From contig CP136572.1 of assembly GCA_035193785.1 (NCBI GenBank), positions 4,404,578 to 4,468,577 of the forward strand: DNA of 64,000 bases, given 5' to 3'. Each line of letters begins with the position of its first letter. Position 1 is the first letter of the stretch. The notes beneath the pieces were generated by a model. It was not told where the DNA came from. It worked only from the letters and a program-made list of their open reading frames with translations, and did no database searches. Below, piece by piece: positions 23,070 to 34,947 of this stretch. The DNA comes from Planktothrix sp. GU0601_MAG3 (GTDB lineage: Bacteria > Cyanobacteriota > Cyanobacteriia > Cyanobacteriales > Microcoleaceae). Both the position numbers and the translations under genes were made by a program.

Positions 23070-25510
23070 ATGATGATTGAAGATGACGAACTCCGGGAAG
23101 TTTTTAAAACCGCCAGTGAAGAACATTTACAGAATTTGGATGAGGGCTTATTGTATCTGGAAAAAAATCCCAACGATCCAGCTAAATTAGAAGAATTATT
23201 GCGAGAAGCCCATAGCCTGAAAGGGGATGCGGGGATGTTAGGGGTCAAAGATGTTGCCACTTTATCCCATCAAATCGAACACCTATTAGGGGGGTTAAAA
23301 CGTCAAGAAACGACTCTCACAGTGGATTTAGTGGATCGAATTTCCTATGGGATTGATGCGATTCGTCAATTAGTTTATGCGGCGGTGACCGGAGAACCCT
23401 GTGAGATTAATGCCTTTCATAGTTTGGCCTATATGATGGGAGCCAAACCCGAAACACCGACGGATGCAATTTCAGCAATACCGACGCTGCCCCCCGAACC
23501 TGCTCCCCCCGATACCCCGGCTCCCCCTGACACCCCGGCTCCTCCTGCTCCCCCGGAAACCCGATGAAACGCCTATTCTAGTGACGACGGTAGCCGAAGC
23601 GATGAACACTAAGCCTCCTTTGACGGCCAGTCGCAACTCTACCTATAAAATTGAAACCATTCGAGTCCCGACACGCAATTTAGATGGGTTAATGACTCAA
23701 ACCGGAGAATTAACGGTAACAAAAATTCGGATTGCCCATCGGTTAAATGAAATTGAAGACCTGGTGAGTTTATGGGAAGAATGGAGTCGAGATGCGTTTG
23801 TGAATCGGTTTGTAGTTTATGACCTAGAAAATAACCTCAATCGTCATCTTTCGGAAAGGGGAACGATGGGGCAACTCCAAAATTATTATCATCGTAGTAC
23901 GGAACGTTTAGAACAGTTGGGATCTTTAATTAATCAACTGAGAAATACTTTTTCTGAGGATATTGCCCGCTTAGATATTATTAGTGATGAACTCGAAGAT
24001 GGAGTCAGAACCTTACGCTTATTACCCCTATCAACTATTTTTAATTTGTTTCCCCGCATGGTACGCGATTTAGCACGACAACAGGGAAAAGAAATTGAAT
24101 TAGTGATTGCTGGTGGAGAAACCCTTGCGGATAAACGGATTTTAGAGGAAATGAAAGATCCGTTAATGCACATTTTAAGAAATGCAATTGATCATGGGAT
24201 TGAAACCCCAGAAGAACGGCAAAGATCAGGGAAATCGGCGATCGCAAAAATCGAATTACGGGGGTATCAAACCGCCACCCATATTGTGTTATCAGTTTGT
24301 GATGATGGTCGGGGATTGGATATCGAAAAAATCAAACAAACTGCTTTAAAAAGGGGAATTTGCCAACAGGAAGAATTATTGGGCATGACTCCACAACAAA
24401 TCCATGGTTTAATTTTTGCCCCAGGTTTTACTACCCGAACTGTTGTGACAGAAGTATCGGGACGGGGAGTAGGAATGGATGTGGTGCGAACCAATGTAGA
24501 ACATTTAAAAGGCATTATTCAAGTTGAATCTTCCCCAGGAAGGGGTTGTTTATTTCGGATTCAATTAGGAACTACCTTAGCAACGGCTCATGTTTTAATA
24601 GTATCGGTTCAGGGGATTTCCTATGCCATTCCCGTCGAATTTGTCCAAATGACGCGATTAGTTCAGGCGAATGAAATTTTTGCCATTGAAGGTCGAGAAA
24701 CGATTGTTTTTGAAGACCAACCGATTTCCGTAGCTCAACTAGCTGATTTATTAGAAATTCGTGGGATTCCCTCTCAGATTGAAGTGGAACCTCCGGTTTC
24801 TAAGGAATCCAAATCTCGTTTTTCTATTTCCCCATCTTTTGTACAAAAAAATCCCAGTTATTCAACGATGGACTTGGCTTCACCCTGCATTATTTTAAAA
24901 GTAGGAGAAGAAAAATTAGGATTATTTGTTGATGCTTTAATTGATGAGCAAGATGTGGTTTTAAAACCCCAAAGCCAACTATTAAAACGGGTCAGAAATG
25001 TAGCGGGAGCCACGATTTTAGGAACGGGGGAAGTCTGTATTATTTTAAGTCCTCAAGATTTAATTAAATCCATTCGCAAACAAGCGGGTGTGCTCAGTTC
25101 CCCCATCATTCTATCTCCTATAACTATTCAGAATCCTTCTGCGGTTAAACCAGTTATTTTATTAGTTGAAGATTCAATTGCTACTCGCACCCAAGAAAAA
25201 CGAATTTTAGAAGCCGCTGGCTATGAAGTGGTAACGGCGGTGGATGGATTAGATGGGTTTAATAAACTTAGCACTCGTGCTTTTGATGCGGTGGTTTCTG
25301 ATATTCAGATGCCTAATTTAGATGGGTTAAGTTTAGCAAAAAAAATTCGCCAGCACCATGAATATAGAGAAACTACCGATTATTTTGGTCACTTCCCTAG
25401 CTTCCGATGAAGATAAGCGCAAAGGTGCAGAAGCCGGGGCAAATGCTTATATTACTAAAGCGTCTTTCAATCAAGAAGTTTTGATCGAGACTCTAAAAAG
25501 ATTAGTTTGA
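23070..25510 (+). CDS. cheA: Hybrid CheA kinase Hpt-HK-CheW-REC (+1 bases at 23556-23560 and 25369-25373)
   Basis: REAHSLKG Hpt, HILRNAIDHG, DDGRG, SGRGVGMDVV, CheW domain, REC VSDIQMP; corrected end ELPIILVTSL...GANAYITK...KRLV*. Confidence 0.92.
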
Positions 25511-25598
25511 TATTCTCCGGTCTAAGGACGCCAGGGCAATATATTAAACTTTTATAGTGCCACCAATTAAGGTTAGGAAAATACTCAACCTTTTTTTC

Positions 25599-26051
25599 CT
25601 AACAATATTGTAAAAACTGTTCGGGAAATAGAATTAATTCTCCCGATTTAAACAGTTCTATGGGAACCCATAACGCCTTTTTCTTGCGTTTCTTTTCCAT
25701 GAATTTTAGTTCCTCTAATTCATAGAATTTCAGATCAACAAAATCACAGCTATATAGTTGAATTAATTCATGTTGGATGTTATTCTCATAAACAAAAATA
25801 TTCTCTAAACAGCCCAAATAATCAATATTGGTTAATTCTGCTTGAATTTCTTCTTTAAATTCTCGCTTCAAGGCATCCAGACTTGATTCTCCAAAATCAA
25901 TTCCTCCTCCTAAAGCTCGATAGAAAGTTTTTTGTTTACTGGTATCATAGCCCTGGGAAACGAAAACTTGATGGCCATGGCTACTTCGCTGCTCATCACG
26001 ATTTTGAATTAATCCTAATGCTAAAACTCGGATTTTACTAGATTTAGACAT
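25599..26051 (-). CDS. NUDIX hydrolase
   Basis: GGGIDFGESSLDALKREFKEEI Nudix box. Confidence 0.88.
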   Translation of the reverse strand: MSKSSKIRVLALGLIQNRDEQRSSHGHQVFVSQGYDTSKQKTFYRALGGGIDFGESSLDALKREFKEEIQAELTNIDYLGCLENIFVYENNIQHELIQLYSCDFVDLKFYELEELKFMEKKRKKKALWVPIELFKSGELILFPEQFLQYC

Positions 26052-26181
26052 AAGATATAGCAATGGGGAATAGGCAATGGGCAATGGGCAATGGGTAAAT
26101 AGTTACTGTGAGCAGCTTTTAGCTTTCAAGAATGCCCTAACAGATGCGAATATCAAGACGCGACTTAGGGCGCCCCTGGGA

Positions 26182-26634
26182 TTAATTATAATCACCTACA
26201 CTGGATTGATAAATGTCTTTTTCAATTGGCCAATCTTCATTTTCACCGCCAATAATAATTTTTTCAATGGTGACATATTCCTGGCTAAGTTGACGAAAGC
26301 TATTAATTAAAACATCAAGAGCAAAAGCATCACTGGTTCCCAAATCAAACCAACAACGCGCCCAGACACCCTGATATTCTATTTCCCCCATATTGTGCAT
26401 CAGTGCCATCATACTATTATCCACAATGGCATCATCATAGGTCATATAATTTAGGTCAATTCCCGTGTCCTGAACCTGTAGATTTTCGGCGTTAAATCCT
26501 CCCATTTTTCCTAATAAAAACCAAGAATCAAAAACTTCCTCAATATAATCCCGTTCACTGCGGGAGGGGACGGTTTGAAATTGCAGCCAAATCCAAATAT
26601 CAAAAGGATTACATTCTCTAAACAAAACTTCCAT
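26182..26634 (-). CDS. Conserved cyanobacterial protein (DUF3531-like)
   Basis: FDSWFLLGKMGGFNAENLQ, WARCWFDLGTSD. Confidence 0.75.
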   Translation of the reverse strand: MEVLFRECNPFDIWIWLQFQTVPSRSERDYIEEVFDSWFLLGKMGGFNAENLQVQDTGIDLNYMTYDDAIVDNSMMALMHNMGEIEYQGVWARCWFDLGTSDAFALDVLINSFRQLSQEYVTIEKIIIGGENEDWPIEKDIYQSSVGDYN

Positions 26635-26643
26635 AATTAAAAG

Positions 26644-27672
26644 CTATAATGGTGGTAATTGATTGACAGTTGGCCCCCAAAGACCATTAGCATCTTTAAT
26701 TGTATCTCGCAAGGGATCACAGGGACGACTTTGATTATCAATTCGGTTTAAATTTTTGCATTGTTCATAGAAAATTTGAGCCACTAATCGTTTAGGAAGT
26801 TGATCGGATTTACCCAAAGATTGAGTAAAATATTTTTGGGCTTCTTTTAACTGGGTCGGGGTTGTGGTTTGATTTTCGGTTTTTAATTTTTTCCCCTGGT
26901 CGGCTAAGATTTGCGCCTTTAAATATAATACTTCTGGATGGTTAGGCGCTTCTGATAGGGCTTTGTCCGTATAAGTTAAGGCTTGCTCCGGTTGACCTAA
27001 ATTTTTGTAGCCAATAGCAATTCCTCGATAGACTAAATAACGAGGTTCCGCTTGTTTTTCTAATTTATTAATTGCTTTATTTGAGTCGGAAAAGGGAAGG
27101 TTTAAGGATAATAATAAATCCATATAACCTTGAATTAGATTAAGTTCGGGATCTTGAGAATCAATTTTTTGAGCGACATCCAAGAACTCTAACACCTCTT
27201 GTAATTTATTGAGTGCTTTAGGCGCACCCTTGATTGTCCCTTCGGTGACTAAAGTATGGCCTCCCTGTAAAAATAAACCGACCGCCACATAGAGATTCCC
27301 GCGTAAAGGATCTTTTGTACTCAATATTTTGGCGGATTCCAGGGTTTTATCACTATAGGTTTTTAAAGCCGTAAAATCCTGATCTTGGTAAGCTAAAGAA
27401 GCTAAAAGGGCATAAACTAAAGGTTCATTTGGTTCTTGAGATTTCGCTTGTTCTAAATATTCCTTAGCTTGTTTATAATTCCCCTGGGCAAACATGGATT
27501 TAAAAGCAGATTCCGTTTGATTTCCAATCGGACGAGGCTCATTTTTACGGAAGGGATCAGCAGCAAAAACAAGATTTATCCCTAAACCAAATACAATTAA
27601 ACCTGTATTAATTCCCAGGAAAATTTTTTTCAAAAATAGTTTTGGGTTTTTAAAATAAGAATAAATCATCAT
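26644..27672 (-). CDS. Exported TPR protein (Sll0314/Alr1548-like)
   Basis: Signal-like N-terminus, ADPFR, DPLRGNLY, DPELNLIQGYMDL. Confidence 0.75.
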   Translation of the reverse strand: MMIYSYFKNPKLFLKKIFLGINTGLIVFGLGINLVFAADPFRKNEPRPIGNQTESAFKSMFAQGNYKQAKEYLEQAKSQEPNEPLVYALLASLAYQDQDFTALKTYSDKTLESAKILSTKDPLRGNLYVAVGLFLQGGHTLVTEGTIKGAPKALNKLQEVLEFLDVAQKIDSQDPELNLIQGYMDLLLSLNLPFSDSNKAINKLEKQAEPRYLVYRGIAIGYKNLGQPEQALTYTDKALSEAPNHPEVLYLKAQILADQGKKLKTENQTTTPTQLKEAQKYFTQSLGKSDQLPKRLVAQIFYEQCKNLNRIDNQSRPCDPLRDTIKDANGLWGPTVNQLPPL

Positions 27673-27885
27673 TTTTAATCAACGAGTAAACAGCTAAGGA
27701 GTGATTGAATTGGAAAAAAACAAAAAGTTAACTGTTAATCAATCAACTGATGACTGATAAATATGTTATAATCTAGGGCAATCATTGATTTAACCATGGC
27801 TTTTGCCCCGCTTTTGGGTTGGACTATCAATGATTCAAGTCTTCATCCCTATTGCCCGTTCCCCGTTCCCTGCTATATTTTTCTG

Positions 27886-28570
27886 ATGCTTTATATCAAA
27901 AACTTAGTTTATCACCCCGCCGCTAGTGACAACTCGATTTTAACCCAAGTTAACTTAGAATTGGCACCGCAGCAAATGGGACTGATTATTGGGCCTAGTG
28001 GATCGGGGAAAAGCACACTATTAGAAATTTTATCGGGTTTGGCCACCAAAACCCAGGGAGATATTCGCTGGAGGGAGCAAGAATTAACCCCAGAACACCT
28101 ACAACAACTGGTGGGTTTAGTGTTTCAATTTCCAGAACGACATTTTTGCGGGGGCACAATTTTAGAGGAATTGCGCCTGGGTCATCCCGAAATCGATGCA
28201 GAAACAGGTTGATAAAGCCTTAGAGGAAGTGGGACTAGGCCATTTATCATTACAGATTGCGCCCCATTCCCTCAGTGGCGGACAACAACGACGTCTAGCT
28301 TTGGCAGTACAATTAATTCGCCAACCCCATATTCTGATGTTGGATGAACCCACGGCCGGGTTAGACTGGTCAATGCGACAACAATTGATTAGTTTATTAG
28401 GTAAATTAAAAAAACATTGGACGTTATTAGTCGTTACCCATGACGCCCGAGAATTATTTGGTTTGGCTGACCGATGCTGGTCATTAAAACATGGTCATTT
28501 AACCGTCCTAGATATTGATGCCATGGCAATCGCAGAAAAACAAAAAATTGCCGCTTTTCCCCCCGTTTAA
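27886..28570 (+). CDS. ABC/ECF-type ATP-binding protein (+1 base at 28201-28205)
   Basis: GPSGSGKST, VFQFPE, LSGGQQRR, LDEPTAGLD, VTHD. Confidence 0.9.
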
Positions 28571-28583
28571 TTTTGAGTCAATT

Positions 28584-29333
28584 ATGAATGAAATTTCCTC
28601 TCCCCAATTACCTGATCTGACTGCCGTTTGGCAGGAAACCTTAAATTGGCAACCCACTCCCGAACAACAGATTTTATTCCAACAATTATTTGAGTTAATT
28701 ATTCAGTTTAATCAACAGCTTAACTTAACTCGCCTGACGGAACCCGAAGATTTTTGGGAAAAACATTTATGGGATTCCCTGCGAGGAATTTTACCTTTAT
28801 TATCGGCAAATAATCCGCTTCCCCCAGGAACAAAATTTATTGATATTGGCACGGGTGCGGGTTTTCCGGGCATCCCTTTGGCTATAATTTTTCCTGAGTC
28901 TTCCGTCACCCTTTTAGACTCAACTCGTAAAAAAATTACCGCATTAACCACCATTTTAGAAGAATTAAAAATTAATAATACCATTCCTTGGGTGGGTCGC
29001 TCCGAAGCTCTAGGTCAACATCCAAAACATCGAGAATCCTACGATTTTGCCCTATTAAGAGCCGTTGCCCCTCCCTCAGTTAGTGCTGAATATGCACTGC
29101 CTTTATTAAAGGTGGGAGGGACGGCAATTCTCTATCGTGGTCATTGGACACCGGAAGAAGAACAGCAGTTAATCTCGGCGGTGAAACAGTTAGGGGGAGT
29201 GCTAGAATCCGTGGATGGGTTTACCACTCCTTTAACCCAAGGTATTCGCCATTGTTTATATTTAAAAAAGGTCAGACCCACGGCTAAACAATATCCCCGC
29301 GCCATTGGTGTTCCGGGTCAAAAACCCTTGTAA
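28584..29333 (+). CDS. rsmG: 16S rRNA m7G527 methyltransferase
   Basis: NLTR, KHLWDSL, DIGTGAGFPG, LLDSTRKK, RAV, YPRAIG. Confidence 0.93.
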   Translation: MNEISSPQLPDLTAVWQETLNWQPTPEQQILFQQLFELIIQFNQQLNLTRLTEPEDFWEKHLWDSLRGILPLLSANNPLPPGTKFIDIGTGAGFPGIPLAIIFPESSVTLLDSTRKKITALTTILEELKINNTIPWVGRSEALGQHPKHRESYDFALLRAVAPPSVSAEYALPLLKVGGTAILYRGHWTPEEEQQLISAVKQLGGVLESVDGFTTPLTQGIRHCLYLKKVRPTAKQYPRAIGVPGQKPL

Positions 29334-29358
29334 TTAAGGGAATAGGGAGGATATAATC

Positions 29359-29374
29359 TGTGATTTACGTCACA
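29359..29374. promoter_or_regulatory. CRP-type binding site
   Basis: TGTGATTTACGTCACA is an exact TGTGA-N6-TCACA. Confidence 0.6.
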
Positions 29375-29523
29375 ACATTAGATGAATTTCCCACTATTAT
29401 TTCAGATGTGCTGACATCACAGAAACCTGTGATCAATCTCATCGAAGTTAGGGGATTAACTTCACTGGGTTTTTGGGGTCAATCTCCGATGATTGAATAT
29501 AGTAAATCAGAAGGAGTTAGCCA

Positions 29524-30072
29524 ATGCCACCACTAAATCTAGTCTTAAATTTAGATCAAGACTTTCCCATTGTTCAGGAGATGACCACCGAAATTCATCA
29601 TTATTTAAGAACTCCTGTTTCTATTATTACATCCTCATCTTATTTATTACAAGTTTCCCTCGGCCCACAGAAAAAAACATCTCAGTCTCCCTCGAAATAT
29701 ATCGCTCTAATGCAGGATGCTGCTCAATGTTTAGAAATCAGTTGTCATCGGATAATTACCCGAATGAATCAAGCCAAATTTGATAGTTGGGCTTTAAATC
29801 GGATTCGTTTTTATTTGGATAAAATCATCTATTTTTGCCAAACTGTTTTGGGAAATTTAAAAACGATTTCCCATTCAAACTATCAGCATAAGCTCATGGA
29901 TGAGACTGAAAAATCTGAAATTATTAATTTAGTCGTGGGTTTAAATCAATGGGCAATGCAGATGACAGATGTGTTAGGTTCAGATTCCTTTCACAATTAT
30001 ATTCAAAAGTTTTCTGAGGGTCTATTTATCAAGTCAAGCTTGAATAATTTTGAGGATTGTAAATCGGCATGA
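29524..30072 (+). CDS. Hypothetical protein (182 aa)
   Basis: Open frame with AAGGAG upstream; no family recognised; start loosely resembles a HisKA helix. Confidence 0.55.
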   Translation: MPPLNLVLNLDQDFPIVQEMTTEIHHYLRTPVSIITSSSYLLQVSLGPQKKTSQSPSKYIALMQDAAQCLEISCHRIITRMNQAKFDSWALNRIRFYLDKIIYFCQTVLGNLKTISHSNYQHKLMDETEKSEIINLVVGLNQWAMQMTDVLGSDSFHNYIQKFSEGLFIKSSLNNFEDCKSA

Positions 30073-30160
30073 ACAGAGAAATCTCTAATTTTAATTATAA
30101 AAAATAAAGACATGGTATTAAACCATGTCCTCGGAAAAGTTATATTAATATTAAACTGAA

Positions 30161-30437
30161 TCAACCACCAGCAACCGCCGGAACAATACTCACCTCATCC
30201 CCAGATTCTAGTTTGGTTTTAGTTCCTTCTAAGAAGCGAATATCTTCACTATTCACATAGAAATTCAAGAATCTCCGGGGTTTCTCCGGTATCATCACAG
30301 AGACTTTTTTTAATCCCTGGACAACTAACTTCTAAGGAATCAATTAATTCGGAAACGCTAGAACCAGAACACTCAATTGTTGCTTGATTATTAGTAAACT
30401 TTTGCAGGGGTGTGGGAATTAAAACTTTAACAGTCAT
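30161..30437 (-). CDS. MoaD/ThiS sulfur-carrier protein (+1 base at 30280-30284)
   Basis: VKVLIPTPL...; corrected [18 protein letters not shown]...IVPAVAGG* with C-terminal GG. Confidence 0.9.
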
Positions 30438-30536
30438 AGGTTCAACAGGACAATAAATTAACGGTTGGGATTGAGTAGAAACGTTTTAGACTATTTTAGT
30501 ACGGGCGGGTTCATGGAGATGTGCGGTAAGCCGCCC

Positions 30537-31842
30537 CTACACTAACACTTGTTGCCATTCCAGACGGTCTAAAGTGCGAGCGCGTTCAATTGCCCGTTCA
30601 AAACTTTCTAATTTCGGTTCAATAGTTAAGGGTTCACCAACATAACCTTGGATGGCTTCTTGAGTTTTCAAGCCATTTCCCGTAATATAAACAACGGTGG
30701 TTTCCTCTGGGTCAATTTTACCCGCTTCGACCAATTTTTTCAAGACGGCAATAGTAGTTCCCCCGGCGGTTTCCGTAAAAATACCTTCGGTTTCGGCTAA
30801 TAATTTCATCCCTTGAATCACTTCTTCATCATTGACAGATTCAATATTTCCGTTAGTTTTATTCGCTAATTCAACGGCATAAATTCCATCGGCGGGGTTG
30901 CCAATAGCAATGGATTTAGCAATAGTATTAGGTTTAACCGGAGTAATAAAATCCCGTCCTTCTTTAAACGCCGTAGCAACCGGAGAACAGCCTTCGGCTT
31001 GGGCTCCACTGAAACGCACGGGTTTGTCATCAACTAAACCCACTTTGACAAATTCTTGGAAACCTTTATGAATCTTAGTGAATAGGGAAACCCGAAGCAA
31101 TGGGAGCCACAATATGGTCAGGTAACTTCCAGCCCAGTTGTTCGATAACTTCATAACCTAGGGTTTTTGAACCTTCGGAATAGTAGGGACGCAGGTTAAT
31201 ATTCACAAATCCCCAGCCGTGGGTATTAGCCACTTCCGAACAGAGGCGGTTAACTTGATCGTAATTGCCTTTCACCGCCATTAAAATCGGGTTGTAGATT
31301 AGAGTCCCCAGGATTTTACCCGCTTCTAAGTCCGCCGGGATGAACACACAGCAGTCCAGACCCGCTCTGGCGGCAATGGCGGCCGTGGAGTTGGCCAAAT
31401 TTCCGGTACTAGCACAGGAAACCGTGGAAAATCCCAATTCTCTAGCGCGACTCAAAGCAACGGACACCACCCGATCTTTGAAGCTCAGGGTGGGCATATT
31501 CACAGCATCATTTTTAATATACAGATTCTTTAAACCCAGGCGACGAGCCAACCGTTCTGACTTAATTAGGGGAGTCATTCCCGTACCCACATCAATCACA
31601 TTCTCAGTAGCGACAGGCAGAAACTTGCGATAACGCCAAATCGAGTTAGGGCCAGCTTCAATCGTAGCGCGGGTGACGGTTTGGCGGAGCAGGTCATAGT
31701 TGTACTGGACTTCTAAGGGGCCAAAACAGACTTCACAAACGTGCTTGGCTTCGGGGGCGTATTCTTCCCCACACTCTTTACATTTTAATTTGTCAAAGGT
31801 AGCGCCGGTGAGTGCTAAGTTGTTGGTTGTTGCCTGAGTCAT
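30537..31842 (-). CDS. thrC: Threonine synthase (PLP) (+1 base at 31087-31091)
   Basis: PTLSFKDR, CASTGNLA, EGSKT, ETAGG, ITGNGLKT. Confidence 0.88.
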
Positions 31843-31917
31843 GACCTGTCCTCCACTGTGAATCTGATGCTGGGGTGTTGAAATTAAGTTATCACAATCT
31901 CAAAATTGTCGTCAACC

Positions 31918-31941
31918 ATACCCGACTTTTTTTGTCGGGAT
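31918..31941. promoter_or_regulatory. Palindromic operator-like site upstream of thrC
   Basis: CCCGAC-T7-GTCGGG about 80 bp upstream of thrC. Confidence 0.45.
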
Positions 31942-32204
31942 TAAAACGAGATTGTACAGTGCTAGGTTTGGGGTTCACCGCTCCGCCTCCTGAATCCCTT
32001 GATCAATTTGGTGAGAATCCGGTGATTTACAAACCTAGAGGTATATAGTATACAACTACTGATAAGACTCAATTTGCCTAAAACTTAAAGATATTAGCGC
32101 AAAACGCTATCTGAAAAATGTGGCGTAGGGAGTATCGGTAAAAAGCAATTCTTGATATGATGTCGCGTGTTATTGGTGTGGTGTGGTGTGATGAGGAGTA
32201 ATTG

Positions 32205-33801
32205 ATGCCAATTTCTGTAGATTTCAGTGGCAGGCCTTTTCACTTTATCGGGATCGGCGGGATTGGAATGTCAGCCCTAGCCTATATCCTAGCGAAGCGA
32301 AAGCTACCTATTTATGGCTCGGATATTCAACGCAGCCATATTACTCAACGCCTGCAAGATTTAGGCGTCCAAGTTTTTTGCCATCAACAGGCAAGCAATT
32401 TTGAGTATGTCAAACAACCCCAAAATCAGGGGAATCAAAAGCCAAATTCTGCAACGGAAACTGGAATTATCCGTCGTTCAAAATGGCGTAAAAACTTCCC
32501 TAGTTGGGGCAAAGGTCGGAAGTTCAAGTGGTAAGGGACAGAAAACCCTGGGGATAGAATTACCTCAAGTTATTTGTTCAACCGCCATTAGTGCGGAAAA
32601 TTTGGAATATCAAGCCGCCCAGGAGTTGGGTTGTCCGATTTTTCATCGTTCCGATCTACTAGCCGCCTTAATTCAAGACTATCAAAGTATTGCTGTGGCT
32701 GGAACCCACGGGAAAACCACCACCAGCAGCATGATTGCCATGATGTTACTGGGGGCGGGTCTTGATCCCACCATTTTAATCGGGGGAGAAGTTAATGCCT
32801 GGGAGGGTAATGCCCGCATGGGTCAAGGGCCCTATATGGTGGCGGAAGCCGATGAATCCGATGGTTCCCTCGTCAAAATCAAGGCTCAAATTGGTGTGAT
32901 TACCAATATTGAGTTAGACCATCCCGATCACTATGAAAGCTTAGAACAGGTGATCAATACCTTCAAAATCTTTGAACACAACTGTCAAACCTTAGTAGCC
33001 TGCATTGATTGTGAAACGGTACGGGGGCAAATCCAAGCCGGGATCACCTACAGTTTAAATCCTGACTCCGATGCCGATTACCAAGTCAGGGATGTGGAAT
33101 ATCGTGCCAATGGGATATTGGCTCCGGTTTGGGAGCGAGGCAATTTCCTCGGAGAACTAGAGTTGAAGTTGCTCGGGCAACATAACCTCAGCAATGCCCT
33201 AGCTGCGATCGCGGTAGGACGACAGTTAGGCCTAGAGTTTCCCGTCATAGCCAAGGCATTAGCAGATTTTGAAGGGGCAAAACGTCGTTTTGAGCATCGA
33301 GGCTGTTTTAATAACATCCTGTTTGTGGACGACTATGCCCATCATCCGAGTGAAATCCGCGCCACCCTCGCCGCTGCCCGCCTGCGGATGCAAGACAGTG
33401 CCTTAAACACCCAACCCCACCTTCAGCGTATTGTTGCTATTTTTCAACCCCATCGGTATAGTCGAACTCATGCCTTTCTTCAAGACTTCGCTCAGTGTTT
33501 CACCGATGCCGATGTGGTGGTTCTAACCGAAATTTATAGTGCCGGAGAACCGAATATCTGGGACATTGATGGCCAGAAAGTCGCAGACTTGATTGGTAAT
33601 TACCATCCTCAAGTATTGTATCAGCCCTCTCTGAGCGAGGTTAAGGGTAGTTTGGCTCAACTCCTACAGCCCGGTGATTTAGCTATATTTCTCGGCGCTG
33701 GCAACCTCAATAAAATTATTCCCGAGGTGATGGAATTTTATCAGGGTTCCCAGAACACGGTTGGGACTGAGCCGGGGTGCCTCTCCCGCTTAATGGACTG
33801 A
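32205..33801 (+). CDS. murC: UDP-N-acetylmuramate--L-alanine ligase (+1 base at 32457-32461)
   Basis: HFIGIGGIGMS, AGTHGKTTT, EADESD, DDYAHHP, FQPHRYSR. Confidence 0.95.
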
Positions 33802-33859
33802 TTTATTTATTATCTGCAATCGGTGATTTACATCCAAGTTCTAAGGTATTCATTTTGAT

Positions 33860-34822
33860 ATGGTCATGACACTCTCTTATGACTCCCCCAGTCAAACAAA
33901 CTACTCTCAGCCACACTCCATAGCCCTACCTGAAACGGACTGTTTGATTCAATCTTTAGTTCCTTTAACCACCTTCACCTCCTTTCGGGTCGGAGGGCCG
34001 GCCGAGTGGTATATCGCGCCGAAAGGGGTAGAACAACTTCAAGAAGCCCTCTTATGGGCCGATACTCAAGGATTACCGATCACCCTCCTCGGGGCAGGAT
34101 CAAATTTATTAATCAGTGACCAAGGGTTATCGGGATTAGTAATTGCTACCCGTCACCTGCGTTATATTGACTTTGATTTAGAAACGGGGTTACTGACCGC
34201 CGGGGCGGGAACCTCCCTCCCCCGTTTAGCTTGGAAAGCCGCCCGTTTAGGATGGCGGGGACTAGAATGGGCCGTGGGCATCCCCGGAACCATGGGGGGG
34301 GCGGTGGTTATGAATGCAGGTGCTCACCGCTCCTGCACCGCAGAAATTTTAGTCGATACCCATGTCCTATCCAAGTCCGGGGAATTACAGGTTTTAACCC
34401 CAGAGGATTTAGCCTATCGTTATCGCACCTCGATTTTGCAAGGGGGCGATCGATTTGTGACTCAAGCAACTTTCCAGTTGGAACCGGGTCATGATCCCCA
34501 ACAGGTGCTCGCTGATACAACCGCCCATTTTAATCAACGTCGCAATAGCCAACCCTATCATCTACCCAGTTGTGGCAGTGTATTCCGTAACCCGGGTCTG
34601 AAAACAGCCGGCTGGTTAATTGAACAAACGGGTTTAAAAGGTTACAGCATTGGTCAAGCTCAAGTAGCCGAGCGCCATGCTAATTTTATTCTGAATTGTG
34701 GGGGGGCCACGGCCAGCGATATTTTTTCGTTAATTCGTCACGTTCAAGAACAGGTTGAACGGCGTTGGTCGTTCTTCTTGGAACCCGAGGTTAGAATTAT
34801 GGGCGATTTCCACGGGTTTTGA
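33860..34822 (+). CDS. murB: UDP-N-acetylenolpyruvoylglucosamine reductase
   Basis: [50 protein letters not shown]. Confidence 0.95.
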   Translation: MVMTLSYDSPSQTNYSQPHSIALPETDCLIQSLVPLTTFTSFRVGGPAEWYIAPKGVEQLQEALLWADTQGLPITLLGAGSNLLISDQGLSGLVIATRHLRYIDFDLETGLLTAGAGTSLPRLAWKAARLGWRGLEWAVGIPGTMGGAVVMNAGAHRSCTAEILVDTHVLSKSGELQVLTPEDLAYRYRTSILQGGDRFVTQATFQLEPGHDPQQVLADTTAHFNQRRNSQPYHLPSCGSVFRNPGLKTAGWLIEQTGLKGYSIGQAQVAERHANFILNCGGATASDIFSLIRHVQEQVERRWSFFLEPEVRIMGDFHGF

Positions 34823-34947
34823 TTCCCAACTGGAATAGGGGCGGGGACAATCTCTTGCCCCAAAACGCAGTTGATCCGCCAAAAAATGCTACTATAGCTT
34901 ACTTATCTTGACTATACAAAGCGTTTTCAGCGCTCGATGAACAAACT

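Noticed and set aside
23490..23560. Short repeats in cheA
   Set aside because: Ordinary Pro-rich linker between Hpt and dimerisation domains
32020..33832. CGGTGATTTACA upstream of both murC and murB
   Set aside because: Only two short matches; cannot be told from chance
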